IMG/VR virus record: IMGVR_UViG_3300033119_001367
Reading direction: 5' to 3' (one strand)
Length of the DNA stretch: 64,000 nucleotides
Origin: a virus
Lineage: Duplodnaviria > Heunggongvirae > Uroviricota > Caudoviricetes
How positions within the stretch are numbered: the stretch's first letter is position 1; each line of letters opens with the position of its first letter. The notes beneath the pieces are model-generated. The model did not search any database. It was not told where the DNA came from and saw nothing but the letters and a program-made list of their open reading frames with translations. The position numbers and the translations under genes are program-made. Below are positions 36,204-45,599 of this stretch, in pieces.

Positions 36204-36934
36204 TAAGTGTAGATAGTTTACTTTATGGGATAGACCAAAGGCTTAATAAGCTATCTACTAATGCTCACCAGGAAATCCCAGTGGAAGATAAACTACTGGC
36301 TTTAAATGAGGGACAACTAAAACTGATAAAAATAAAGGTAAGCCCTAACAATGTGTATAAACTTGGTTTAGATGCATTTAAGAAAAGGTATCAAGATCTA
36401 CAATTTCTTGTAGAGAATTTTGAAGACCATCCTTTAGACTTAACACTAGGAGACCCATATCTGAATAAATACATAGTTAAAGTAGATGAAGTAAGTTTAA
36501 CTCCTCACTTTATGTTTTACTTGGATAGTTACTTACTAGCAGATAAAGATGAATGCTTAAACAGAGTAATAAGTTGTAATCCTGATTTGATTAAACATGC
36601 TGATATTCAGCTTATTCTAAAGAATAACAACTTTAAACCTTCTTTTGAGTTTCAAGAAACAATAGTAGATATATCATCTGATGAATTACATGTTTACACA
36701 GATGGAACATTTACTCCTAAAAAACTTTATCTATCCTATATTAGGTATCCAAAACAAATTGACAAAGCTGGTTATATAAAGTTTGATGGTTCAAATAGTA
36801 TAGACCAAGATTGTGAACTTGAAGATTACCTTAAAGATGAGCTTTTAGACATAACAGTTGAAAAACTGGCAATGTATACAGAAAATATTTCCGCAGCCCA
36901 GTCTGCACAGAACAGAATTCAAACAACAGAATAA
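36200..36934 (+). CDS. hypothetical structural protein (244 aa)
   Basis: ORF track; ATGA overlap with the upstream gene. Confidence 0.55.
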   Translation: MISVDSLLYGIDQRLNKLSTNAHQEIPVEDKLLALNEGQLKLIKIKVSPNNVYKLGLDAFKKRYQDLQFLVENFEDHPLDLTLGDPYLNKYIVKVDEVSLTPHFMFYLDSYLLADKDECLNRVISCNPDLIKHADIQLILKNNNFKPSFEFQETIVDISSDELHVYTDGTFTPKKLYLSYIRYPKQIDKAGYIKFDGSNSIDQDCELEDYLKDELLDITVEKLAMYTENISAAQSAQNRIQTTE

Positions 36935-36949
36935 ATAAAATAAATAAAA

Positions 36950-38089
36950 ATGAGTGAATATTCTTTAACAACCGTATTTGTAGTCCCAGTTGGAAACACA
37001 TTACCATCTTCTGGTGGTACAGAGGCTCAAGCCGATGGAGTTTTCAGTGTAAGGAAAAACGAAGCTAGGACTATAGCAACCAACGGTAATATAGCTACAG
37101 CAGAGTTTATACAGTTCTTCCAGGGAAGGGCTTCTAATCTTAATCTTGGTTCCAAACCATCAGATAGGATTAAAGCCTCTAAAGTGAAGAGGTGGTATAA
37201 AGTAACTGGTTCAGCTACTGCTGTAAATGAAATCTGGCAGGTTTCTGATTTCCGAGCAAAGTGTGGTGAGGATGTAACTTTTACTCTTCGTGGACACTCT
37301 GCTTATATGGATACCATTTCATATAATGGCTTAACACGGTCAGTAACTGTAAAAGCCCCTTGTTGTGAGTGTGGAGAAGACCCATGTACAGATGTAGATA
37401 ACGAAGCTTTGATTGATTTGATCATAGCAAAAATCTCAACAACTGCTGCTGTACAGAATGGAACTGCCTCTCTGACTTTGAGTTCTTTCTTTAACTTCTC
37501 AAAATCAGGAACAGGTGCTGATGCAGTATTACTGGTAGAGTCTAAACCACTTACAGTATATGGTCAACCATGTGATGTGGCTGCTGATCCATATATCTTT
37601 GACCGTGTTTGGTTCAGGGTATGGGTAAGTAATGGTCCAGCAACAACTGTTGATTTTGAAGTGTATGATGGTTGTGATATTACAGCTACAACTACTCTGC
37701 TTCAGCGTAGTTCTTTCCCTCAGTTGACTTCTAAGGAGGTTGCCCAGATGGAAATTGATTACTACTCTTATCAATCTCCTTACAAACATCTCTACAGGAT
37801 GAATGGTTACAATCCATACTTCCAGAGTTATGTAACTGATGGTGAGATTTATGACCAATATGTTATTCAATTTGGTGAGTATAACCAAAATGATGCCTTT
37901 ACGGCTAACTTGGCAGAAGATGAGAAAGTGATCTTGTACATCCCTCAAGGAGAAACATCTACCATAGAAACTATGTTAGTAACCTACCTTGGAGCTATTA
38001 CAGATGCTTCTATGACTGGTCCAACTACTACTACAACTACTAGTACAACCAGTACATCAACTACTACAACTACTACTCTTATTCCTTAA
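36950..38089 (+). CDS. structural protein with C-terminal poly-Thr/Ser tail ending TLIP (379 aa)
   Basis: ORF track; C-terminus ...TTTTTTSTTSTSTTTTTTLIP. Confidence 0.6.
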   Translation: MSEYSLTTVFVVPVGNTLPSSGGTEAQADGVFSVRKNEARTIATNGNIATAEFIQFFQGRASNLNLGSKPSDRIKASKVKRWYKVTGSATAVNEIWQVSDFRAKCGEDVTFTLRGHSAYMDTISYNGLTRSVTVKAPCCECGEDPCTDVDNEALIDLIIAKISTTAAVQNGTASLTLSSFFNFSKSGTGADAVLLVESKPLTVYGQPCDVAADPYIFDRVWFRVWVSNGPATTVDFEVYDGCDITATTTLLQRSSFPQLTSKEVAQMEIDYYSYQSPYKHLYRMNGYNPYFQSYVTDGEIYDQYVIQFGEYNQNDAFTANLAEDEKVILYIPQGETSTIETMLVTYLGAITDASMTGPTTTTTTSTTSTSTTTTTTLIP

Positions 38090-38116
38090 GGGATAGAAGT
38101 AAATTATAAAAACCAC

Positions 38117-38161
38117 AAGGGGAGCAAAAGAGCAGTCCAAAGCTCTCTTGTTCCCCTTTTT
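38117..38161 (+). terminator. rho-independent terminator
   Basis: Stem GGGGAGCAAAAGAGC/GCTCTCTTGTTCCCC followed by TTTTT. Confidence 0.55.
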
Positions 38162-38172
38162 AGTTCAAATAT

Positions 38173-38715
38173 ATGCCAACTTTAAAATTAGACTTAGTTT
38201 ATATGGATACACACAGAGCAGATAGCTTTGCTATAGGTGATGTATCTACATATCCTACTGGTTTTATAAAAGTGAATCCTACACTGGAAATAACAGTTCC
38301 TGGATTTGCACCTAAAAGTATTGCTTTTACACCTTCTTCTATACAAGTGTATAATAGTAATATATTAGGAATTACCTGTGATGATTGTGAAAATAGTAAT
38401 TTACCAGATGGTATATATAAAGTAAAATACACACTTAATCCTGCTTATCAGTATCATGTTGAAAGAAGTTTTATAAGAACTAACATGATCTATTCTAAAT
38501 TAGATAGTTACTTTCTGAAACTTGATTTTATGCAATGTGATTTAGTTATAAAAGAATCTCAAAAGAAAGTACTAGATACTATAGAGTTCTTTATAGAAGG
38601 GGCTATAGCTGCTGCTGATAAATGTATGGATGCTAAAGCAATGGAATTGTATAACACAGCTAATAGTATGCTGGATAAATTGAATAAAAATGGGATGCCA
38701 GGTTGCAAAATGTAG
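38173..38715 (+). CDS. hypothetical structural protein (180 aa; contains CDDC)
   Basis: ORF track. Confidence 0.55.
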   Translation: MPTLKLDLVYMDTHRADSFAIGDVSTYPTGFIKVNPTLEITVPGFAPKSIAFTPSSIQVYNSNILGITCDDCENSNLPDGIYKVKYTLNPAYQYHVERSFIRTNMIYSKLDSYFLKLDFMQCDLVIKESQKKVLDTIEFFIEGAIAAADKCMDAKAMELYNTANSMLDKLNKNGMPGCKM

Positions 38716-38790
38716 AGAATGTCCTGTAAAAATGAAGGCTTGTAGATTAATAGATGGGTTATGCCCTTCTTGTAATGCAAAGAAAAAGAA

Positions 38791-39378
38791 ATGAGATTAA
38801 CAAATTGTACTACTTGTGGGACATTAGAAGAGTTACTGTCAGATATTGACTGTACTATTATATATAATGCCACAAAGAAATATAATTCAATAGCTTATAA
38901 TCTTGGAGTATGTCTAAATAGTAGATTACTAAGAGATCTTTTAAGGTATAAAAGAATATTAAATAATAGATTATATGATGCTACATACCCATGTTCATCT
39001 ATATCTGTAGATAAAATTATTACCCAAGCTTCCTTTATAGTAAGGGAGGAAGATTGCAGCCGTTGTAAAGATTGTGACATTGAAGTAATATCAAGTACTA
39101 CATCAACTACGACTACTACTACAACATCAACAACTACTAGTACCACTACAACATCTTATCCGGTGTATTGTTCAAGATATAGAGTAACAGGAAATCCTGA
39201 AGCTCCTTTTGATGCGGATTATAATCTAACTTATCTACCTTGTGGTGGAGATAGACCTAATCCAGTTACTATAGTAATAAATAGTCAGGAGACTATAGAC
39301 CTGTGTTGTGTACCAGATACTATCAGTGTGGATAATTACTTCACTGTAACATTATTAAATGAAATTTGTATTCCTTAA
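38791..39378 (+). CDS. Cys-rich fibre-like protein (195 aa; N-terminal CTTCG, internal poly-Thr, ends ICIP)
   Basis: ORF track. Confidence 0.55.
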   Translation: MRLTNCTTCGTLEELLSDIDCTIIYNATKKYNSIAYNLGVCLNSRLLRDLLRYKRILNNRLYDATYPCSSISVDKIITQASFIVREEDCSRCKDCDIEVISSTTSTTTTTTTSTTTSTTTTSYPVYCSRYRVTGNPEAPFDADYNLTYLPCGGDRPNPVTIVINSQETIDLCCVPDTISVDNYFTVTLLNEICIP

Positions 39379-39389
39379 AATATTAATAT

Positions 39390-40445
39390 ATGGCTTGCGT
39401 TGATTGCTTAAAAAGTTGTAATGGTATAATCACTCCAGATAGGTGTATTTCTTATACTGGAGATGCTTATGTATTACTTGGAATATGTGGGGATGAATCT
39501 CAATTTGAGATAAATGAGATAATTTTAGATAAATTACTCACCTTGATGGATGGTACATCCATTACAATAACAGGTTTAAATACTACTTGTACTTTAATAT
39601 CTAATATATTAAGTACCCAAGCCACTACTGTACCAAATTTATTCCAGACTCTTATAACTGCTTCTTGTAGTTTACAGAATCAGATTACAAACTTAACAGC
39701 TATAGTAACTGCTGGGTATTCTTTTAATACTAATTGTCTATCAGGAATTACATCTACATCAAGTAGAGACCAGATTACTCAGGCTCTTATAAATAAAGCC
39801 TGTGACAATGCTACAAGGATAACTGCCATAGAGGGGGATTATGTTAAAGCTTCTGAATTATGTGATTTAGTAGATGCCTGTATTAATCCTGGAGGTGGGG
39901 GAGGTGGTTCTACAACTACCCAATATAATACTAGAATGGTTCCATATGCTCCTATACCTTATATAGGCTCTTTATCAAACTTTGATAATACAGGAAAAGG
40001 CTTAACTGCTGCTGGATTTGAGAAAGTATACCTAATGAATGGTCTTAATGGAACTCAAGACTGGAGAGGTAGAAGTCCTATAGGAGCTATACAAAATGTT
40101 CCTGGTGGAGTATTAGACAGTGCTGTTGATCCTTCATTACCACAAAATTCAGGAACTAATTATGTATTAAACCAAAAAGTAGGTGTTTCCTCTGTGGCAT
40201 TACTTATTAATCAAATGCCACCACATACTCATGCTATTTCAGATCCTGGGCATGACCATACTATTAATGGTTATGTAGGTGGTGGAACAGAAAGTTTCGC
40301 AGCAGCAATTGGTAATTATTGGTATAAGAATCCAAAGACCAGTAAATCAACTACTGGTATTAGTATAGGTTATTCAGGTTCTGGATTAGCTCATACTAAT
40401 TTACAACCATCCGCAGCTTGTTACTATATTGTTTACATTCCGTAA
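39390..40445 (+). CDS. tail fibre protein with C-terminal phage tail-collar (MdpB-like) domain (351 aa; ends YIP)
   Basis: GTQDWRGRSPIG and VSSVALLINQMPPHTHAISDPGHDHT match the tail-collar domain pattern (..DLRGR.P.G.. and ..TLT..QMP.H.H). Confidence 0.6.
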   Translation: MACVDCLKSCNGIITPDRCISYTGDAYVLLGICGDESQFEINEIILDKLLTLMDGTSITITGLNTTCTLISNILSTQATTVPNLFQTLITASCSLQNQITNLTAIVTAGYSFNTNCLSGITSTSSRDQITQALINKACDNATRITAIEGDYVKASELCDLVDACINPGGGGGGSTTTQYNTRMVPYAPIPYIGSLSNFDNTGKGLTAAGFEKVYLMNGLNGTQDWRGRSPIGAIQNVPGGVLDSAVDPSLPQNSGTNYVLNQKVGVSSVALLINQMPPHTHAISDPGHDHTINGYVGGGTESFAAAIGNYWYKNPKTSKSTTGISIGYSGSGLAHTNLQPSAACYYIVYIP

Positions 40446-40461
40446 AAAATAATTTTAAAAT

Positions 40462-42018
40462 ATGCCTTGTCCAGATTGCTCTTCTACACTCCCTATAACA
40501 TTTGATATACAAGCATTTGTGAATAACCAATGCCTGGATTGTCAACAACAAAACTGCTTACCTGTAAAATATCTATGTTATACAGGACCAGCTCTTCCAT
40601 GCTCTGGAATAGAAACTGGAGATACATTAGAAGTTGCTTTACAGAAAATAGATGAACAGATATGTTCTGCTACAGGTGATTATTCTACTTATCAATTCAA
40701 TTGTTTACCAACTTGGTTTGGTCAAGCTATAACAACTGAGGCTGAATTTGTAGATGCTATTACAGGGTATGCCTGTGAAATAGCAGATGATTTAGATACC
40801 TTTATAACAGTTACTTTTCCTGCTTACCAGTCAGATGTCCAAGATGCCCTGGATGCTATTACAAATCCAGGTATAACTTGTGTAAGTGCTGGTGTAACTA
40901 ATGTAGATAATTTAGTAACTGTCCTTACAAAATATTGTGCTAAATTTGGAGATATTGACGATGCTATAGATATTTCTTCTGTAACTTGGAATAGCTGCTT
41001 TACAGTAGTTAGTCCTCCAACAACTATAGCAGAAGGTTTTGAAGAGCTTATCACACAAATATGTGCTGTTAAAGTAATAGCTAGTGCTGCTGCTGTATTA
41101 CCAACTTTTAATAACAGTCTAAACTGTTTAGCAGGAGGTGTGGCAGATACACTAGTTGAAACGATAGGTTTACTAACTGACAAAGTTTGTGAACCATTTC
41201 CTTTTGACCCAACCCTTATTACCTGGGATTGCTTAGATGAATCAGCTACTGATTTACAAGAAGCTGTAGAAGTGATTGTTACAGAGATAAATGTAATTAA
41301 AAAAGACCTTATTACAGCAGTTTCTGCGGATTTTGTTTTGACAGCCACAGATCCAATGGATACTTGCGGGGGTTTAACATTAGAGTTAGCTGTACCATTA
41401 GTAAATAATGATAGGTTAGTGGCTAGTAATGGCTCTGATTTATCCCCAGGTACTCTGATTGATAAGCTTACAGCAGGTACTAATATAACTCTGGATGATA
41501 CTACAACTCCTGGACAAGTTATTATAAATGCTACTGAAGACTATTTATTAATAGCTGGACCAGGTGATGTTAATCCAGATTCTTTGATAGAGAAGTTAAA
41601 TGGAGATTCTGAATCAGGAATATCTTTAACTCCTACTTATAACGCTTTTACTGAACAGGTAGATTTAGATTTAGCTATTGATTTCACAACATTACTATCT
41701 ACTGCTATGAGTTATATAGCTGGTAGTCCAGTACTACTTGCCCAATTCTGTGCTTTAGTAGGTTCTTGTGGGGCAACTTGTGCCACATTTATATATGATA
41801 TATTTAATGACTCAGGGGCTGATCAAGTAGTTACTTGGCTACAATGTGGTAATTCAACTACTATTGCTGTGATACTACCCGCAGGAGATACAATCAATGT
41901 ATGTGCTGTACAGGATAGTGTAGAAGCACCTGTGGGTGTAAATGTTACAGAAAGTGGAGATTGTATATCTGGAGAAATGACTACTTCTACTACAACTACT
42001 ACAACTTTAGCACCTTAA
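40462..42018 (+). CDS. Cys-rich fibre-like protein (518 aa; N-terminal CPDC, ends TTSTTTTTTLAP)
   Basis: ORF track. Confidence 0.55.
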   Translation: MPCPDCSSTLPITFDIQAFVNNQCLDCQQQNCLPVKYLCYTGPALPCSGIETGDTLEVALQKIDEQICSATGDYSTYQFNCLPTWFGQAITTEAEFVDAITGYACEIADDLDTFITVTFPAYQSDVQDALDAITNPGITCVSAGVTNVDNLVTVLTKYCAKFGDIDDAIDISSVTWNSCFTVVSPPTTIAEGFEELITQICAVKVIASAAAVLPTFNNSLNCLAGGVADTLVETIGLLTDKVCEPFPFDPTLITWDCLDESATDLQEAVEVIVTEINVIKKDLITAVSADFVLTATDPMDTCGGLTLELAVPLVNNDRLVASNGSDLSPGTLIDKLTAGTNITLDDTTTPGQVIINATEDYLLIAGPGDVNPDSLIEKLNGDSESGISLTPTYNAFTEQVDLDLAIDFTTLLSTAMSYIAGSPVLLAQFCALVGSCGATCATFIYDIFNDSGADQVVTWLQCGNSTTIAVILPAGDTINVCAVQDSVEAPVGVNVTESGDCISGEMTTSTTTTTTLAP

Positions 42019-42033
42019 ATAATCAAATTAGAC

Positions 42034-42072
42034 AAAAACCTCCTCTCCATTGGATTGGAGGTTTTTTGTTTT
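42034..42072 (+). terminator. rho-independent terminator after the fibre cluster
   Basis: AAAAACCTCC...GGAGGTTTTTTGTTTTT hairpin followed by a T-run. Confidence 0.6.
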
Positions 42073-42124
42073 TAAACTATAATAGTTACATTATTTTGTT
42101 AATAAACAAAAAAAGTATACTTTT

Positions 42125-42160
42125 TATTTGGTTATGTCAAAAAAGAGTTTTACCTTTGTG
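42125..42160 (+). promoter_or_regulatory. Bacteroidota-type sigma-A promoter (-33 TTTG / -7 TACCTTTG)
   Basis: TACCTTTG at 42151-42158 matches TAnnTTTG, with TTTG about 22 nt upstream; about 30 nt before the ATG at 42188. Confidence 0.45.
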
Positions 42161-42187
42161 TGAATATTTTTCATCTAAAAAACTTAT

Positions 42188-43372
42188 ATGTTAGAAGAGT
42201 TAAAAGGGTTATTAAAGCATAAAAAGTCAAATTCTTATTATGCTGAAAAATTAGGAGTTACTGAGGAAGAGATTAAAAAACTTAAGAAACAGATTAAGAA
42301 AGTGGTTGATAAACAAGAAGTTATAGAGGATTTTGTGAGAAAAGTTAATGTTGAAAAAGGTACTTTAGAGTCCTCTGTTGAGACAACATTTGAACCAAAA
42401 GATGATGTTGAACTAGCTAAATTACATAAGATAGACCTAGGTAAGTATAAGATTTCAACTTACTGGTCTAAATTAAAACCAAATGGTCATTTTACATCCT
42501 CTGTATTAGCCTCTTTAAAGAAACCAGAAGATTACTCAGCTAAAGACTTTGCTAAGTTTTTAGAGACATATGAGCCAAAGAATGAATTATACAAATATCG
42601 AGTAGGGGATAATGATGGACAAGAAGTAGATATAGAACTGAATATAGCAGATTTCCATCTGGCTAAGAAGAATTTAGAAGGAGAAACTTTAGAACATAAA
42701 AAGGGACATTATGTAGATATTGTTACAGAATTAACAAGTAATCTTACAAACTATAATGTTAGAAAGATAGTATTCCCTATATCTAATGATTTCTTTCATA
42801 CAGATAATATACAAAATTCCACAACTGCTGGTACACCACAAGATGTACTTGTAGAATACCACACAGAATATGAAGAAGGGTTTGATTTACTAGTACATAC
42901 TATAGGATTCCTAAGAACTCTATGTAAAGAAGTAGAAGTTGTACTTGTTCAAGGTAACCATGACAGAACTAAATCTTTTTATCTTGCACATGCTTTAGAT
43001 GTGTTCTACAGTAATGATCCTTATATAACTTTCCAAAGGGAACATTCTACTACTAAATCAGTAGTACTTGGTTGTACATTTATAGGGTATCATCATGGAA
43101 ACTGCAAATTGGATGATTTACCATTACTCTTTGCGACTGGTAAAGACTCTGTAGATTTTGGTAATGCGGTTTATAGGGAGGTTCACACGGGAGACAAACA
43201 TGTGTATATGGCTAAAGAGTATAAAGGAGTTAGAATTTGTCAAGTACCCTCACTATCTGGTACAGATAGATGGCATCAGGATAATAATTTTGTACATGGT
43301 GTAAGAGCTGGATTACTATTTGTTTACCACCCTACAAAGGGTAAAATAGGCGAATTTGAAGCAAGAATATAA
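42188..43372 (+). CDS. putative calcineurin-like metallophosphoesterase (394 aa)
   Basis: IADFHL (DxH), VLVQGNHDR (GNHD) and IGYHHGN / HTGDKH fit the metallophosphatase motif series. Confidence 0.45.
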   Translation: MLEELKGLLKHKKSNSYYAEKLGVTEEEIKKLKKQIKKVVDKQEVIEDFVRKVNVEKGTLESSVETTFEPKDDVELAKLHKIDLGKYKISTYWSKLKPNGHFTSSVLASLKKPEDYSAKDFAKFLETYEPKNELYKYRVGDNDGQEVDIELNIADFHLAKKNLEGETLEHKKGHYVDIVTELTSNLTNYNVRKIVFPISNDFFHTDNIQNSTTAGTPQDVLVEYHTEYEEGFDLLVHTIGFLRTLCKEVEVVLVQGNHDRTKSFYLAHALDVFYSNDPYITFQREHSTTKSVVLGCTFIGYHHGNCKLDDLPLLFATGKDSVDFGNAVYREVHTGDKHVYMAKEYKGVRICQVPSLSGTDRWHQDNNFVHGVRAGLLFVYHPTKGKIGEFEARI

Positions 43373-43568
43373 CGCAGTTTGGATGTCTTTAGAAATGCAA
43401 ACAGCTTTTACCTTTATTAAAGATATAGCCGATAAAAACTTTGAATATAGTATATTGTATGGAATAGATTTTAGTAAAGATAATAGATATACTATAGCAA
43501 AAGAGATATATGAAAAATCTTATAAAGATATATTACCAATATCATATTTAGAATATTATAAACCATGA
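43356..43568 (+). CDS. hypothetical protein (70 aa)
   Basis: ORF track; overlaps both neighbours by a few nt. Confidence 0.35.
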   Translation: MKQEYNAVWMSLEMQTAFTFIKDIADKNFEYSILYGIDFSKDNRYTIAKEIYEKSYKDILPISYLEYYKP

Positions 43569-44269
43569 GTTATACCAATAGAGATGTTGTCAGCCAAATC
43601 AGGAGTATGAGTAAGCTACTTAGTAGTGATAATTTTATTACAGATAGGGCAATCCTTAGAGAGGCTAAGGATGCTTGTAATTTATTAATAAAACAAAGTC
43701 AAGATAAAAGGAAATTATGGCAATCACCTAACGTGTTTGCCTTTTTTCCATGCCTTGAAATGGAGAAAGTCCCTATCTCTGAATGTTGTGAATATATCTC
43801 AGAGACTATGGTTGCTAAATCCAAAAAGAAACTTCCAAAGATTGGAGAAGGAACTTGGGGGTTAGCTATACAAGGTGTATATGGTCTGGATATGACTAAG
43901 AAATTAAAAGAAGTTAACCCAAACAGGTATGCAAATATCTTAAAACTTAAACTAAATGTTAATGACGTATATTACTGGATCTTAAATGATCACCTTTATA
44001 TATCTAATCCAGATACAAAAGCTGCTAATGTATTCCTATATCCTGCTGAGATAGTTAGTAATGACTTACTATTTCCAGGAAAGGATTGTGATTGCATGGT
44101 TAAGCCACATATAAGTGATTTATGTGCTAATCCTTTGGATCAGCCATTCTATGCTCCAGCAGATAGAATTACAGATATAAAAAACATAGTTTATTCCACA
44201 TTAATGAAGACTTATTTCAATTTAGCAGTTGATAAGACTTCAGATAATAAAGATGATACAAGTAAATGA
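43565..44269 (+). CDS. hypothetical protein (234 aa)
   Basis: ORF track. Confidence 0.55.
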   Translation: MSYTNRDVVSQIRSMSKLLSSDNFITDRAILREAKDACNLLIKQSQDKRKLWQSPNVFAFFPCLEMEKVPISECCEYISETMVAKSKKKLPKIGEGTWGLAIQGVYGLDMTKKLKEVNPNRYANILKLKLNVNDVYYWILNDHLYISNPDTKAANVFLYPAEIVSNDLLFPGKDCDCMVKPHISDLCANPLDQPFYAPADRITDIKNIVYSTLMKTYFNLAVDKTSDNKDDTSK

Positions 44270-44739
44270 GAGTAGCCGTAGAATATAGAACTACAGAGAA
44301 GGATGTTTTTAAAAGGTTTAAACAGAAACATCCAGAATTAAAAATAGACTATAATACCTGGTGTAATATAGTCTATAATTTCAATTATGCCTTCAGGGAT
44401 TATATACTGGAAACAGGGAGAAAAATCAAGTTTCCATATGGTTTTGGAGACTTTACAATAACAAAATATAAACCCAAAAAAGAAAAAGAACTTCCTGATG
44501 GTACAAAAATAATAGGCTTACCAGTTAACTGGGCTAAAACTAAAGAGCATGGTAAATTAATTTACCATATGAATTTTAATACCGAGGGATTTAAATTTAA
44601 ATGGCAGTGGGATAAGAAAAATGCTAGATTTCAATACTCTGCTTTATGGTGTTTTAAACCATCCAGGGTTACTTCTAGATTATTAAATCATTATCTTTCT
44701 CAACCAGAACAACATTATAAATACCAAGAGTGGAGTTAA
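44266..44739 (+). CDS. hypothetical protein (157 aa)
   Basis: ORF track. Confidence 0.55.
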   Translation: MRVAVEYRTTEKDVFKRFKQKHPELKIDYNTWCNIVYNFNYAFRDYILETGRKIKFPYGFGDFTITKYKPKKEKELPDGTKIIGLPVNWAKTKEHGKLIYHMNFNTEGFKFKWQWDKKNARFQYSALWCFKPSRVTSRLLNHYLSQPEQHYKYQEWS

Positions 44740-44740
44740 T

Positions 44741-45598
44741 ATGAATTACTACAAATATACCTTTGAAAGCCCAGAAAGATTAATAGCTATTGTTAAAGAA
44801 GAGTTTAAATCATTTTTTGATACAGGGGCTATTGATGACACTATGTTTCCCATTTATCTGTCTAAATGTTTAGATAGGTTAGGAAGAGGTTCATATAGAA
44901 TAAATTCAGCTATTCTTACAATGAGTGATTTTCAAGGAAGACTCCCTGATGATTTTTATGCTGTAAGAGAAGCTTGGTTATGCACTGATGTATCATCTGC
45001 TTATGTATTACCTGGGGCTGATTATCAACAAGTTGAATCCACTTCTACAAGATTAGATACCCCAGATGTATATTGTGATAAATGTAATGAGTGTGGTATG
45101 CCTGATATTATTAAAGCGGTATATAAAACTACTCATACAGCCTTTGCACACTATAAGAAGCAATACCTGCTAAAACCTGGTACTATATGGAGTAAAGGTG
45201 AGTGTGCTGAAGACTGTGCAAATTTCCATTCTAATGGTCCAGATTCTTTTGATATACATGATAATAAATTTACTGTAACCTTTAGAGAAGGAAAAGTATA
45301 CTTAGTGTATTATTCAAAAAGCTTTGATTGTAATGGGTATGAAATGATTCCTGATAATTACAGATTAAAAGAATTCATTGAAGCCTTCTTAAAAATGAAG
45401 GTTTGGGAACAGGTTGTGAATAATAATACTGATGAAGGATTAACAAAATATTATCTTAATCAGTTAGATAGGTATACAAGAATGGCTGATGAAGCTTATA
45501 TTATCGCAGATATAGAGAAGAAAAAAGAAACTGTATATGATATAAACAGGAAGATAATAAAGGATATGAACCGTTTTCAAAAATATGAGATAAGATAA
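44741..45598 (+). CDS. hypothetical protein (285 aa; CDKCNECG)
   Basis: ORF track. Confidence 0.55.
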   Translation: MNYYKYTFESPERLIAIVKEEFKSFFDTGAIDDTMFPIYLSKCLDRLGRGSYRINSAILTMSDFQGRLPDDFYAVREAWLCTDVSSAYVLPGADYQQVESTSTRLDTPDVYCDKCNECGMPDIIKAVYKTTHTAFAHYKKQYLLKPGTIWSKGECAEDCANFHSNGPDSFDIHDNKFTVTFREGKVYLVYYSKSFDCNGYEMIPDNYRLKEFIEAFLKMKVWEQVVNNNTDEGLTKYYLNQLDRYTRMADEAYIIADIEKKKETVYDINRKIIKDMNRFQKYEIR

Positions 45599-45599
45599 T

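Noticed and set aside
37529-37948. 139-aa minus-strand ORF
   Set aside because: Antisense inside 36950..38089.
38020-38085. ACT/ACA trinucleotide-like DNA repeats (also at 39100-39160 and 41975-42015)
   Set aside because: These are the coding sequence of the poly-Thr tracts, not noncoding tandem repeats or a CRISPR-like array.
40824-41348. 174-aa minus-strand ORF antisense to the fibre-like gene 40462..42018
   Set aside because: Embedded antisense of a well-supported large gene; composition typical of a shadow ORF.
41961-42194. 77-aa plus-strand ORF
   Set aside because: Overlaps the 3' end of 40462..42018, the terminator hairpin and the promoter of 42188..43372.
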